A DNA stretch of 64,000 bases, taken from the NCBI GenBank assembly GCA_035193785.1, contig CP136572.1, forward strand, positions 4,564,578 to 4,628,577. The letters run 5' to 3'. The stretch comes from Planktothrix sp. GU0601_MAG3. Its GTDB lineage: Bacteria; Cyanobacteriota; Cyanobacteriia; Cyanobacteriales; Microcoleaceae. Every line of letters begins with the position of its first letter. Position 1 is the stretch's first letter. Of the stretch, positions 24,381-35,503 are shown piece by piece. The notes beneath the pieces were generated by a model. That model was not told the DNA's origin and made no database searches. It worked only from the letters and a program-made list of their open reading frames with translations. The position numbers were made by a program, and so were the translations under genes.

Positions 24381-24505
24381 AGGAGACTGGCTGGGTATTA
24401 ACAATTAACAATTACATCCAAAATTGATAATTAACATATTCTCTCTAGTGAGCGGGGATGCGCTTACTACGATTAAAAGGCACGTCTAGCCCACTAATAA
24501 CTGAT

Positions 24506-24644
24506 ATAGCGCTACGCATTAAAGTTAGGACACTTCTAAATCCTGAAACTCATTCACTGCTTACTGCTTACTGTTCCCTGTTCCCTGTTCCCTGTTCCCT
24601 GTTCCCTGTTCCCTGTTCCCTGTTCCCTAGTGCGTAGCGCTATA
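24506..24644. mobile_element. MITE with 14-bp terminal inverted repeats, containing a (CTGTTCC)n array
   Basis: TATAGCGCTACGCA ... TGCGTAGCGCTATA; TA at both ends; embedded in an (ACTGATA)n array. Confidence 0.7.
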
Positions 24645-24673
24645 ACTGATAACTGATAACTGATAACTGATTT

Positions 24674-25883
24674 ATGTTAATCCTAACTTTGTTAGACAGC
24701 CAACAAAAAACCCCCCTGAGACAGTGGACATTTGCACAGGAGGCGGTGATTCGAGTGGGACGGGCGGCGGATAATCAAGTTGTCATCGTTGATTCCTTGG
24801 TTTCCCGTTATCATTTGGAGTTACATCCTCCAACGGATGAAACCCAGAATTCACCATGGTTGCTTGTAAGTAAGGGAACAAACGGAACCTTTGTGAATGG
24901 GGTTCTCACCCATCAGGGATTAGTGGGGGATGGTGCTTTAATTGAATTAGCAAAGGATGGCCCCCTATTACAAATTCAACTCCAGGCCAGTGTAATTGCG
25001 ATTCCGGCGACTCCTCCCTCCTGTAAGCATGAGGGGAATACGCCGGGGAATTTATTCTGTATTCATTGTGGGCTTCCGATTCAGGTTGAGCGCACAATCC
25101 GACAATATCAGGTACTGAGAACCATCGGACGGGGAGGAATGGGAACAACCACCCTAGCCTGGGATTCTACCACCGCTAAATCGGCTGTACCCGTTGTCGT
25201 TGTACTCAAAGAAATGAATGCGGATATGGCACAAATTGCCAAGGCCCAAGAATTATTTGAACGGGAAGCCCGTACCCTAAAAGCCTTAAACCACGAGGGA
25301 ATCCCCCAGTTTTACGACTTTTTTGTCGAAGATGGCAAAAAATATTTAGTCATGGAAATGATCCATGGCACGGATCTGGAACAGTATATCCACCAACGGG
25401 GGCCAGTAATTCCCCAACAGGCGATTCAGTGGATGATCCAGACCTGCGAGATATTAGACTATATTCACTCCCTTGATCCGCCTCTGATCCACCGAGATAT
25501 CAAACCTGCCAATTTACTTTTGCGACGACGGGATCACCGCATTGTCGTATTGGACTTCGGAGCCGTGAAGGAAATAGGAACGCCCCCCGGAAACCCGAAT
25601 CGGTGCGGAAGGATACAGCGCCCCGGAACAGGATCGGGGACAACCCCTGACTCAATCGGATTTGTATGCGATCGGTACAACCTTAATTTTTTTACTGACC
25701 GCCGAAACACCCCTCAAATTCTATGGCAAACGGGGAAACAGTTATGGTTTTGAACTCGATAACGTTCCGACTATTACGCCTCAACTGCGAAAAGTGATTG
25801 AACAAGCCACGGAATACCGACCCAAAGATCGCTACCCAACGGCCCAACATCTATCTCAAGCTTTAGCCCAATGCCTAAATTGA
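24674..25883 (+). CDS. FHA-domain Ser/Thr protein kinase (frameshift at ~25592)
   Basis: FHA VGRAADN..VSRYH..GTNGTFVNG; kinase GRGGMG, VVLKE, HRDIKPAN, DFG, GYSAPEQ, SDLYAIG. Confidence 0.92.
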
Positions 25884-26045
25884 TAAAATCGTGAGGAAGA
25901 TTGATACAAAGCAGGAGGAAAGGGCAAAGGACTAAAGGCTATGGATGGACGTGAATACAAAACTTTAGACAGCGGACTTGGAAAGGGTGAATTCTTGATC
26001 GATTACAAACCGACTGAAATCAGGGAGGGTTTGATAAATAGGTTT

Positions 26046-26270
26046 CTAATCTTCGTCTTCGTCCCACGCTTCAACGGCTAATAGCTCGCTGAGGGGATCT
26101 TGCATGGAGAAACCAAACTCTAACAATTCCTGTTTCCAATATTTCCAGTCATCGCCATAGAGAAGGGCGATTTTCCATAAACTATCGGAAGGTTTGATAA
26201 TGTCAGACTTGACCAGGGAATGCACCTGACGTTGTAATTTATCCATCGGGTGTATAACCTTTTGGCTCAT
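26046..26270 (-). CDS. DUF4327 family protein
   Basis: VIHPMDKLQRQVHSLV...SLWKIALLYGDDW...FSMQDP. Confidence 0.75.
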   Translation of the reverse strand: MSQKVIHPMDKLQRQVHSLVKSDIIKPSDSLWKIALLYGDDWKYWKQELLEFGFSMQDPLSELLAVEAWDEDED

Positions 26271-26529
26271 AATACCTCTTAAATTGTTCTAATTTCTAAA
26301 GGGTTAACGCTTTCCAACCTGAACGTTTTTCTTGGCATACAGGGCTGATGCCATTCAAAGCAACTTCCTCGACTATGAGTATAGCATAAACTTTGAAAAA
26401 GCAATCTTTTTTTTTGAATTTAGGTGTCAGTTCTCGATAACGATGGCTTGAATTTCGCCCTAAAGCCAATTATAGCGGGGAAAACCCAAAGGCGTCATCC
26501 CAACTTATTGACTAGGAATCACTCCCCAA

Positions 26530-27136
26530 TTAATCGGTATCGGTAATACACAATACCCAAATTTGATAATTTCGCTTATCGATGCCAAGCCAAGTCACGT
26601 CCCAAGAAACACCCGCAAACCATTCTGTCCAGGGTTTCCTGAGAAATATACATCTGAATTTCATCATAGCGACTCCCAAACAGGGCATCACAAAATTTTA
26701 TCCCAATATCCTTCGCTTGTTTGGCAGTTCCTTGAAATTCTTCATCTGCTCCCCCTAAAAATAAGGCCTCTGCTAATTCTCCATCTAGGGTGAAAGCACT
26801 GGTATCTTCCGTTAGGTCTAGGTCTGTGGTTAGGGGGGTTTCAATTTCTAAAGCTGATAAACCATCCATTACCGGGGGTAGGGTGACAAATTGTTCAAAA
26901 AAATTAATTTCATTCAGTAAGTCCCTGGAGCCAAACCAATTTAACACCGCATGGGGAGAAACCTTAAATCGGGCGAACTCCGCCCCCCCATTAACCAAAA
27001 TTTTTCTTAATTCTTGGAGGAGTTTATTAACAGATGGATCTTCTAGGGGGGTATGTACGACTTGTAATTCTTGCCACATTTGCTCAATTTCTTCTTCCGA
27101 GGGACGGTATTGGTCTCGATTAGGAACTAACATCAA
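26530..27136 (-). CDS. Hypothetical protein (frameshift at ~26635)
   Basis: 186-aa ORF continues after the GAAAC repair as PWTEWFAGVSWDVTWLGIDKRNYQIWVLCITDTD*. Confidence 0.65.
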
Positions 27137-27372
27137 TGTTGATCTCCAGTTAACAATATTTTATATACTTTACTTGAGTCTTTAAAAACTCACAAGATTA
27201 TTTTCAAAAAATATTATAAAAATTAACAGAATTAATTGGGTTTTTATGGTACTTAATTATGATATAAGGAAACCCAAAGGAACTAAGACACTAAAAAACA
27301 TTATCTCAGGATATTACAGGTTTATGTTTTCTGAAATATACTGTAATTATAATATTATTTATAAATTTGTAA

Positions 27373-27813
27373 TTATTGTATCAATTTATCGAGTAAAGCA
27401 TCGGAAGTTTGCGATATTTCGGGTTCTACGGGACAAAATTCTAGTTCAATTTCAATAGCAATTTGAGGTTCCGATAAGTTGTTATAGCTGGTGATCGCTT
27501 TAAATCTCAATTTTCCAGTTTTCCAAGAGGCGGCACCTAATTTTAAGAGTTTACAATCAATTTCTTCACTGACGGTATTTACGCTACTTTGATTTACTGT
27601 TAAAATCACCTTCTTTTCGATATTGTATTCGGAGTTAATTCTCTCTAATAAATGAAAATCAAAAGCAGTTATGCCATCAATTTTATAGCCTTTAATATAC
27701 ATTTTTTTGTTCAGTATATCTACCAGAATTTCCTTAAAATTTTCCACGGTAAATGTATTCTTATTGAACATTAAAATATCATCATTACTTAATGGATAAA
27801 ACGGATTATTCAT
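27373..27813 (-). CDS. KGK domain protein
   Basis: LSNDDIL.F, EEIDCKLLKLGAASWKTGKLR, IELEFCP.EPE..D..LD. Confidence 0.85.
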   Translation of the reverse strand: MNNPFYPLSNDDILMFNKNTFTVENFKEILVDILNKKMYIKGYKIDGITAFDFHLLERINSEYNIEKKVILTVNQSSVNTVSEEIDCKLLKLGAASWKTGKLRFKAITSYNNLSEPQIAIEIELEFCPVEPEISQTSDALLDKLIQ

Positions 27814-27852
27814 TTTGATATTATCCTCAAGATTTGAGCTAAAAAGTTGGTT

Positions 27853-27996
27853 TTATTTGTAATTCTGTAGTTGTTGTCTCAATTTATCTAATGCAGAATC
27901 AGAGGTTTCTAATAGTTCTGGTTGGTCTGGACAGAATTCTAGTTCGATTCCCATGGTAAGTTGAGGTTATGATCAGTTATTATAGTTGGCGATCGC
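27853..27996 (-). pseudogene. Truncated second KGK gene (3' remnant)
   Basis: Translates IELEFCPDQPELLETSDSALDKLRQ*; aligns with the neighbouring KGK gene up to a HIP1 site; internal stops. Confidence 0.7.
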
Positions 27997-28070
27997 TCTT
28001 TTTTTTAAGAATGCGATCGCTTTCCCTGAAATTATTACAAGAAAGTACGATCGCTTGGACTACACCGAAT
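27989..28070. repeat. HIP1-rich inter-cassette repeat, copy 1 (other copies ~28451-28562 and ~29327-29405)
   Basis: Shared GCGATCGCTTTCCCT(A/G)AAATTATTA(C/T)AAGAAAG and CTCTTTTTTTAAG blocks. Confidence 0.75.
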
Positions 28071-28127
28071 TCAAATTGATATGATAGAAACTGGTGATAT
28101 AATAAATTAAGTAATTCTGGGATCGCC

Positions 28128-28319
28128 ATGGCTAAACTTCAGATTGAAAACTTACCCAAAGACTTCAAAAAAAATCTCTCTGAGTTATTGTCCCGTGTGG
28201 AACTTGGAGAAGAAATTATTATTTCAAATCAAGGGGTGGCGATCGCGAAGTTAATTCCGTTTCGTCCTTCATCCAATCGACGGGCGAGTTTAGGGCAAGA
28301 TCAAGGTAATGAATTATAG
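28128..28319 (+). CDS. Phd/YefM family antitoxin (3' end fused to a toxin remnant)
   Basis: KKNLSELLSRVELGEEIIISNQGVAIAKLIP..R.SLGQDQG. Confidence 0.8.
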   Translation: MAKLQIENLPKDFKKNLSELLSRVELGEEIIISNQGVAIAKLIPFRPSSNRRASLGQDQGNEL

Positions 28320-28370
28320 TTTTCTGTTGCTAGTGTTTGGGAAATTGGGATCAAACTCAAATTGAGAATA
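28308..28370 (+). pseudogene. PIN/VapC toxin remnant
   Basis: In frame after the antitoxin: NEL*FSVASVWEIGIKLKL, matching the VapC S.AS.WE..IK motif. Confidence 0.6.
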
Positions 28371-28593
28371 TGATACTGGTGAGCGCTGATTCAATGTTCG
28401 AGCAATACAGCGATATTTCTGTTCTTTGGGCTGCTAATTAATATTAGATAACTGCTCTTTTTTTAAGAGAGCGATCGCTTTCCCTAAAATTATTATAAGA
28501 AAGGGCGATCGCTCCTTTTTTAAGAATGTGATCGCTCTCCCTACAATTAAAACTACACCGATTAACTGAATATTCTAATTACTTCGCTTCAAT

Positions 28594-28979
28594 CTAACGC
28601 ACCACTCGGACTTCAACTGCAAGGCTAAGACTGCTCCACAATCTATCAGTTGTCAGAACAGGTTGATTAAGAGAAATCCCTAACGCTAGACAAGCGCGAT
28701 CACCAAATGAAAGCCCAATTGATTTAGTTTTTGGTCGCAGCATTCCCGACTTTAATGCTTGTTCTTGATCAAAAGCTACAACCTCAAGATTTAGATTAGA
28801 TAGAATCTGCTGAATGATGTTTTCATTTATTCCTGCTTCTGCTAACTTTGCTATCACTTCAGACAAGTTGACGGTATACTGATGGCAGCATTACCAATAA
28901 ACCGCGAAATTTCTTCGCTACCAGTTTCTTGATTCAGCAAAGCCAAGACAGCAGAGGCATCTAAAACAACTTCACTCAC
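28594..28979 (-). pseudogene. vapC: VapC/PIN toxin disrupted by a 2-bp (TA) insertion at ~28876
   Basis: GTG start MSEVVLDASAVLALLNQE..AIS[TA]TVNLSEV...GLSFGDRACLALG..VLTTDR.W. Confidence 0.75.
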
Positions 28980-29220
28980 CTGTCCCCTCCAATCTTCGCT
29001 CCTGAATCAACTCCTCCGAGAGTTTTCTACTAGCAGGAATATATTGCCGGAAAAGAGCTTGAGCCTTTTGGACGGAAGTTTGAGCCTGATCCGAAATGGG
29101 TTGATCTTCTATAACGAGAACGGCATTATACTGACCCACTGGTATATCTACAGGAGAATCGACTAACAACTTGCCATTGCTTGTTATCGTTACCTTTAAT
29201 CCAATAGTTCGCATCGTCAA
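28972..29220 (-). CDS. Putative antitoxin partner of the VapC gene
   Basis: 82 aa ending AQALFRQYIPASRKLSEELIQERRLE; overlaps the toxin start. Confidence 0.7.
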   Translation of the reverse strand: MTMRTIGLKVTITSNGKLLVDSPVDIPVGQYNAVLVIEDQPISDQAQTSVQKAQALFRQYIPASRKLSEELIQERRLEGTGE

Positions 29221-29454
29221 CTCTACTCATTAATTTAACTATTAATTATAATTATAAAGATTCCAAAAATGACTAACAATCGCAATGACAAGCAAGGGCA
29301 ATCTCATCAATCTTTCTTATCAGACTGCGATCGCTTTCCCTAAAATTATTATAAGAAAGTGCGAGTGCTCTTTTTTTAAGCAGGCGATCGCATTCCCTAT
29401 AATTATCACATTTTAAAACATCATAATTTTACTATTGTTGCCCTATCTGCTACT

Positions 29455-29949
29455 CTACTTTTTCCAGTGACACAAATCTGGAATTAATTCTTGGTCAATC
29501 GGCCCACAAATCTCAAAAACCATTAACTTAGCTTTAACTCCAGCAAGAATCAGAGCAGAAGAACGATGATTGCCGTCCATTATTAAGTGTTCGCCATTTG
29601 GCAATGCGTATGTTGCTATTACCAGTTGAATGGGTTGTTGAGTAGTATTGATGAATCCATTTAATAGCTCTTGAATTTTATCTCTACGACTACTATGAAG
29701 GAGATTTATAGCTTTAGGAATATCAGCTAGTGTCAGTGGACTTGCATTAGCTACTGAATAGCCGACATCCTCCTTTAAATCATTGAAATACCAGGGTAAA
29801 TACCAAGCTGAAGGATTTTCTAGTTGATCAAAAACGCTCATTATAACAGTAACTTTCTCGCTTTTTAATCTCTCCCAATCAAGTTGAATTCTGATTGAGA
29901 GATTAAAAAATGACTGAAAAATCAAAAAAGGGATTTCAGTTGATGTCAT
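29455..29949 (-). CDS. Hypothetical protein with a ParB/Srx-like DGNHR motif
   Basis: PIQLV...HLIMDGNHRSSAL. Confidence 0.6.
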   Translation of the reverse strand: MTSTEIPFLIFQSFFNLSIRIQLDWERLKSEKVTVIMSVFDQLENPSAWYLPWYFNDLKEDVGYSVANASPLTLADIPKAINLLHSSRRDKIQELLNGFINTTQQPIQLVIATYALPNGEHLIMDGNHRSSALILAGVKAKLMVFEICGPIDQELIPDLCHWKK

Positions 29950-29958
29950 ATTAATAAT

Positions 29959-30744
29959 TTAATCTTTTCGGTTTGATGAGTTTAGCAATTCTATAATTGT
30001 GTAGTTGTTTTGCTTATTTAGGCTCAAAAGTTTCATTACCCCATTTTCTTCTAAAAACTGATCATAAATCTCTTTCGCTCTTTGTGGGTTTTTTGATTTT
30101 AATTCATATAAATATGTTACCGTCAAACTTTCCATACTTCTAATTAATGATTCATTCTCACTATCAGGGTTGTTTTTTGGTTGAAATAGTAATATTAGGT
30201 CATCTATTTTAGATCTGAAATCAGGAACAAATCGTCGATTTTTATTGTTTTTTTTATTGTTCATAAAATCAAGTTTTTTGATTTGTTTTAATAAACGCTT
30301 AACTAAAACTCCAGCTAATGGTTTCCCTTCATATGAATCATAATTTGTTAGTAATTCCAAAGATTTAGGCAAGAGGCTCTCGGCATAATAAATAGCAAGA
30401 TCTTTCTCACAAAATTGTAATACTGGTAATAGGGATAAACAATCATAAAGCAATGCTGGTGCGGCACTAGCTTCTCCTAGCTCAACTCGGTGTATCCCTT
30501 TTTCAATCACACCAATTTTTTCATATATTTCTAATCCTGATAGTCCAGTTTGAAGATATTTAATTTCTTTGGTAAGATCTCTTATTAGATAAACTGATCT
30601 CTCTTGATTTTTTCCTATCCAAACAGTCATTAAAAATAATATAAACCCTGCGGAAAGTGAGACTATATCAGCCCAAGTCCATATATTATCAAGCATAATT
30701 ATAAAAAATATACTGTTTATAAAAAAATGTTGGGACAATTCCAA
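29959..30744 (-). CDS. Hypothetical protein with an N-terminal TM helix
   Basis: AT-rich 261-aa ORF with hydrophobic WADIVSLSAGFILFLMTVWIG. Confidence 0.6.
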   Translation of the reverse strand: MELSQHFFINSIFFIIMLDNIWTWADIVSLSAGFILFLMTVWIGKNQERSVYLIRDLTKEIKYLQTGLSGLEIYEKIGVIEKGIHRVELGEASAAPALLYDCLSLLPVLQFCEKDLAIYYAESLLPKSLELLTNYDSYEGKPLAGVLVKRLLKQIKKLDFMNNKKNNKNRRFVPDFRSKIDDLILLFQPKNNPDSENESLIRSMESLTVTYLYELKSKNPQRAKEIYDQFLEENGVMKLLSLNKQNNYTIIELLNSSNRKD

Positions 30745-31023
30745 TCATTAGTTAAAATAATTATTTTAAACTAATAAAATTTAAAACGTCGTTTCAGGAT
30801 ATAAAAAAACAAGTGTTAAATCTCGAAAATTTACGTTTTACTTGTTCTATAATCCTTTATAAATTACAGATTTGTCTAGCTCAAAAATGTCCTATTTTGT
30901 CAACAATTTTTACCAACCTTTGTCTTCTTGAAATCTAGTTTTATACAAAAATATACAAAATTGTCTAAAAAAGTCAGCCCATGTGCGCTATAATACACAA
31001 AACCATTGCATCTCTTAGCCGTA

Positions 31024-32416
31024 ATGAACCTTAAAGAAATGTTAAAAGTGGCTGATGATATAGTATTTGCTAAAACGGGTAGGCATCTTGATGATTTAGA
31101 GGAAGCGGTATTGCGGGGAACACTGGAACGGGAGACGTACAAACAAATTGCTAAGGATTTTGATTGTTCGGTGAGTAATGTGAGAAATGCAGGATCAAAA
31201 TTATGGAAAATTATTGCAAAAGAGTTAGGGGAAGATGTTAATAAATCGAATTTTAAATCTGCAATTGAGAGGTTACAAGACTCTAATCTTTTCAACTTTG
31301 CACAAAATGTTAATAATAATGTTAGTCATAGTTTTAATATTTGTGGAGAAAGTAGACATCCGCCAGATACACCAAACCCACATCAGCAAAATGAGGATAT
31401 TTCTCAGTCTAAATCAATTGAAACTCTGCATAATGATTTAAGCGAGATGCCTGATTTGGGTGCTTTTTATAATCGCATCCCTGAATTATCAACCCTGACA
31501 AATTGGATTTTACAAGAACAATGTCGTTTGATTGCAATTACGGGTATTAGTGGTATTGGTAAAACGGCGTTAACGGTGCAATTGGTTCAACAAATTAAGG
31601 ATGAATTTGAATATGTAATTTGGTGTGATTTTGACTCATTGCCGACTTTAGCGGAATTTCAAAGTAACTTGATTCGGATAATTTCTCAGTCTGAAACAGT
31701 TAGATTTATCGGCAAATAATCAGAAATCTTTACCTCTAATTAAATATTTACAAAAGTATCGGTATTTAGTTATTTTAGATAATATTCAAAATCTTTTTAG
31801 TAGTGGCGAATTAGCGGGAAAATATAAACCAGGATATGAAGACTATCGCACTTTGTTTAAACAAATTAAAGAATTACATCATCAAAGTTGTGTTGTGTTA
31901 ACGGGTTGGGAACAACCTAGAATTGTAACTGAGGTTAAAGGCGAAAATTCTCTGATTCGGACTTTACGACTGACGGGTTTGGATATGGTAGCTGCGCGGG
32001 AAATATTAAGAGATAATGGGTTAACAGAAATTGATCACTGGGATGCAATTATTCAACACTATCAAGGCAATCCCTTCTGGTTAAAAAGTATAGCAAATTT
32101 GATGCGGGATTTGGGAGAATGTGACATTGAGGTATTACTGAATGATACTCTATTGTTACCTGAAGATCTGAAAGATAGTTTACAGCAACAGTGCGATCGC
32201 TTATCACAAATAGAAAAACAAGTGCTATCTTTATTGGCAAAGGAAAGCTATCCGGTTAATTTAGTTAAACTGTTAGAAAATAGTAAAATTAATTCATCGG
32301 ATTTAATTAATGCCCTACAGTCTTTATTAAAACGGTGTTTAATTGAACAAGAAGGGAATTTTTATACTGTTTTACCTTTAATTAAGCAATATATAGAAAG
32401 TCTAAATCAGGTATAA
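31024..32416 (+). CDS. NB-ARC/NACHT-like STAND ATPase with N-terminal HTH; no WD40 tail (frameshift at ~31696)
   Basis: HLDDLEEAVLRG..YKQIA..GSKLW HTH; FYNRIPEL, Walker A GISGIGKT, LVILDN, GNPFWLK, C-terminal winged helix. Confidence 0.82.
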
Positions 32417-32528
32417 ATGATTTATTCAAGATTGCTATAATAACGATATTTATATTAATTTGTCGGAGGTTTTTGGGGTATATTGTCGGGGAGTGGTGCG
32501 CGAGATATATCTGACGCACCCTAGAAGT

Positions 32529-33705
32529 TTAAGGAATAGGAATAAACCGGTTAATGGCGTCTATAAGTTGATCAATTTCTGAGGGGAGGGTAAAGTAATG
32601 AACACAAGCTCTAACGCAATTGGGATCGAGGAGTGTTCTCAGGAAAATACCTTGGGTTTCTAAAGTATTAACTAAGGATTTATGGGATTTTATATCGGTG
32701 AGTTGAAAAGAAACTAAACCCGCTTCTGGGGGAGAAGTTCTTAAACATTTGATTTGGGGAATTTCTGATAATTTTTGCCATAAATATTCACTATTTTGAC
32801 AGATTTGTTGATAACGTTTCTATTGCGGTTCCCCATTGATGATGGAGAGCGATCGCCTGGCGTAAAGCCACATATAATGGATAGGCGGAAGTTGCCACTT
32901 CATAGCGTTTTCCATCCGGTGTCCAAGAGATCGGTTTTCCCTGTTCATCCCCCATAATACTGCGCCATCCAATAAAGGTTGGGGACAATTCTGATCGAGA
33001 TTGGGTGCTGACATATAATCCCCCTAATCCATCTGGCCCACAAAACCATTTATGACCCGTAAAGGCATAAAAATCAACCCCAGTTTCTGTTAAGTTGAGG
33101 GGTAAAACTCCTACGGATTGAGCCGCGTCTACTAATACTTTTGTGTTATAATTGTCGTGACAAAGATTAACAATTTCTGTCAAAGGCAATACTTGTCCTG
33201 TATTCCATAAAATATGGCTGATGACTAATAGACGAGTATGGGGTTTTAAATATTCCGCAATTATCCCTACCGGGTCACCTTGGTTTAAGGTTTCTCTCAA
33301 GGGAAAAAACGAAACTTCCAGATCAAAACGACGTTGAATTTCCTGAATAATTGCTAAAATTCCTGGGTGTTCACAATCGGAAATCAACAGATGATCTCCG
33401 GGTTGCCAATCAATTCCCCAGAGGGCAATATTACAGCCTACAGTAACATTTTCGGTGAATGTGAGGGTTTCCGGTGAAATTCCCAATTCCGTAGCCAGCA
33501 AATGGCGAGTCAATTGGGTTTCTTGGTTTTGCCATTGGTTGACTTTCCCCGAAAATGGGCCATGGGATTGCATATATTTATACCCTTCAACAATAGCATC
33601 CATCGATATTTGGGGTAATGGCCCTTGTCCGCCATAATTAAAATAGGCTTTATTGCTTAAGGCGGAAAAATTTTGGCGATGGGTTTCTAGGGAAGGAATT
33701 GTCAT
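32529..33705 (-). CDS. Class V PLP aminotransferase (cysteine/cystine lyase, C-DES-like; frameshift at ~32818)
   Basis: YFNYGGQGP, SHILWNTG, VDAAQSVG, FTGHKW.CGP; C-terminus LRTLLDPNCVRACVHYFT found manually. Confidence 0.88.
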
Positions 33706-33830
33706 AATATTGAAGGTTAGTTATTTTTCGTTAAGAAAGACGCTGTAGAAACTTTCCATCGAACGTCTCTACTAAGTTTAATCTGAATAGGATATCTGAT
33801 GTAAAATTAATCATTGACACTCAAATCATC

Positions 33831-35382
33831 ATGTTAATCACCGATAAACAACTGTTACTTTATCAACGCTGTCAGAGGCGGGCATTTTTAGACCGTTATG
33901 GCGATATTTCTCTACAAGATCCGCCGAGTGATTTTTTACTGAAACTAATGCAGGATAGTTTTGCCTATCAGCAGAGTATTTTATCAAATTATCCCTATTC
34001 TAAACTAAATTCTTTTTTTAAAAATTGGGAATTGGGGGCAAAACAAACAACAGAATTAATGCGGCAAGGAGTGGAGAGAATTTATCAAGGAGTTTTGCTA
34101 AAGTCAGAGGTGATTAATTCCTCTAATTTTATCTTAGATGGGTCATCAATAGAATCGGATGAAATGATTCAGATCCGATTAGTAAGTTCTCCTGAATTAT
34201 TAGTTAAACAGCCTGGATCTTCTGAATTTGGGGATTGGATTTATGTCTCCCAGGATATTAAGTTAGGTAAACGTCCTAAACTTGATTATCAAGTTATTTC
34301 TGCGTTTCATGCTTATTTATTAGCAGATATTCAAGGAATACAGCCGGAAACAGGTTGGTTAATTTTACGCGGAAAAGTACCCTACCAGGTGAATTTAGAG
34401 CAACGTTTACCGCAAATGCAGAAGGTTTTAAATGATTATTTAAACATGGTGTTATCTCGTCAAGAACCGGAGGTTTTTATTGCTAGACAAAAATGTAATT
34501 TATGTCAATGGCATAGTTATTGTTTGGGGGAGGCGCGATCGCAAAATCATATTTCTTTAATTCCTGGGGTGACTCCAACCCGTTATTTACGGTTACAAGA
34601 AATTAATTTAACCACCGTTGAAACCTTAGCTAAAGCCACCCCGGAAACAATTAGAAGTTTATCCCGAATTTGCCGAAGGAATTGCCTTACAAATTATCAA
34701 ACAAGCAGAATCAAATTCAGAGAATAAAGCGATTAAACGTCAAGAAGAATTTATCAGTTTTGAATCCAATTTTAATTCTAGCGAATGGATTGAAATTTTC
34801 CAAGATAATTATCAAAATAAATTGAAAAAATTTCCCGTTGAGATTTATTTTGATATTGAAGCCCAACCCGAATTAAACTTAGATTATCTCCATGGAATTT
34901 TAGTGGTAGACAACCGTTCAAATCAACAAAAATTTCATCCATTTTTAGCGGAAAATCAGCACCAAGAGGAATTGATTTGGAAACAGTTTTTAGAATTAGT
35001 TTGGATGTATCCCATCGCCCCTATTTTCCATTTTTGTGACTATGAACCCAAGACCATTAAAAGATTAGCCATGGTCTATAATACCCCTGATTATTGGTGG
35101 AAACCCGTATTAAACCGATTTATTGATCTTCATGCTAAAATGACAGAAACTGTGACCCTTCCCGTGGAAAGTTACGCCCTAAAACCCGTGGCGAAATGGT
35201 TAGGATTTGAATGGCGTGATCCGAAAGCCAATGGTGCTCAATCTGTTTGTTGGTATGAACAATGGTTAAAAACAGGTGATCGGAGTTTATTAAATGCCAT
35301 TGTACAGTATAATGAAGATGATTGTCGGGCTACATTTCATATTAAAGAATGGTTAACAGAGTTTCTCAAAGATTTGATATAA
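33831..35382 (+). CDS. TM0106 family RecB-like nuclease (frameshift at ~34646)
   Basis: YQRCQRRAFLD, DIKLGKRPK, CNLCQW..YC, RNase H-like YFDIEA..YNEDDC. Confidence 0.85.
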
Positions 35383-35503
35383 TTTAATTGACAACAAGAA
35401 TTAAAAATTTTTCAAAGAATATAAAACCTATGATTCAAAAACCAATCCCAACACTTTAAAATATCGTAGCCAAACAGCAAAATTCAAAGTATAGATCAAT
35501 TCA

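Noticed and set aside
33831..35382. TM0106 nuclease as part of the PIWI-helicase system
   Set aside because: It is about 5 kb away on the opposite strand, separated by unrelated genes
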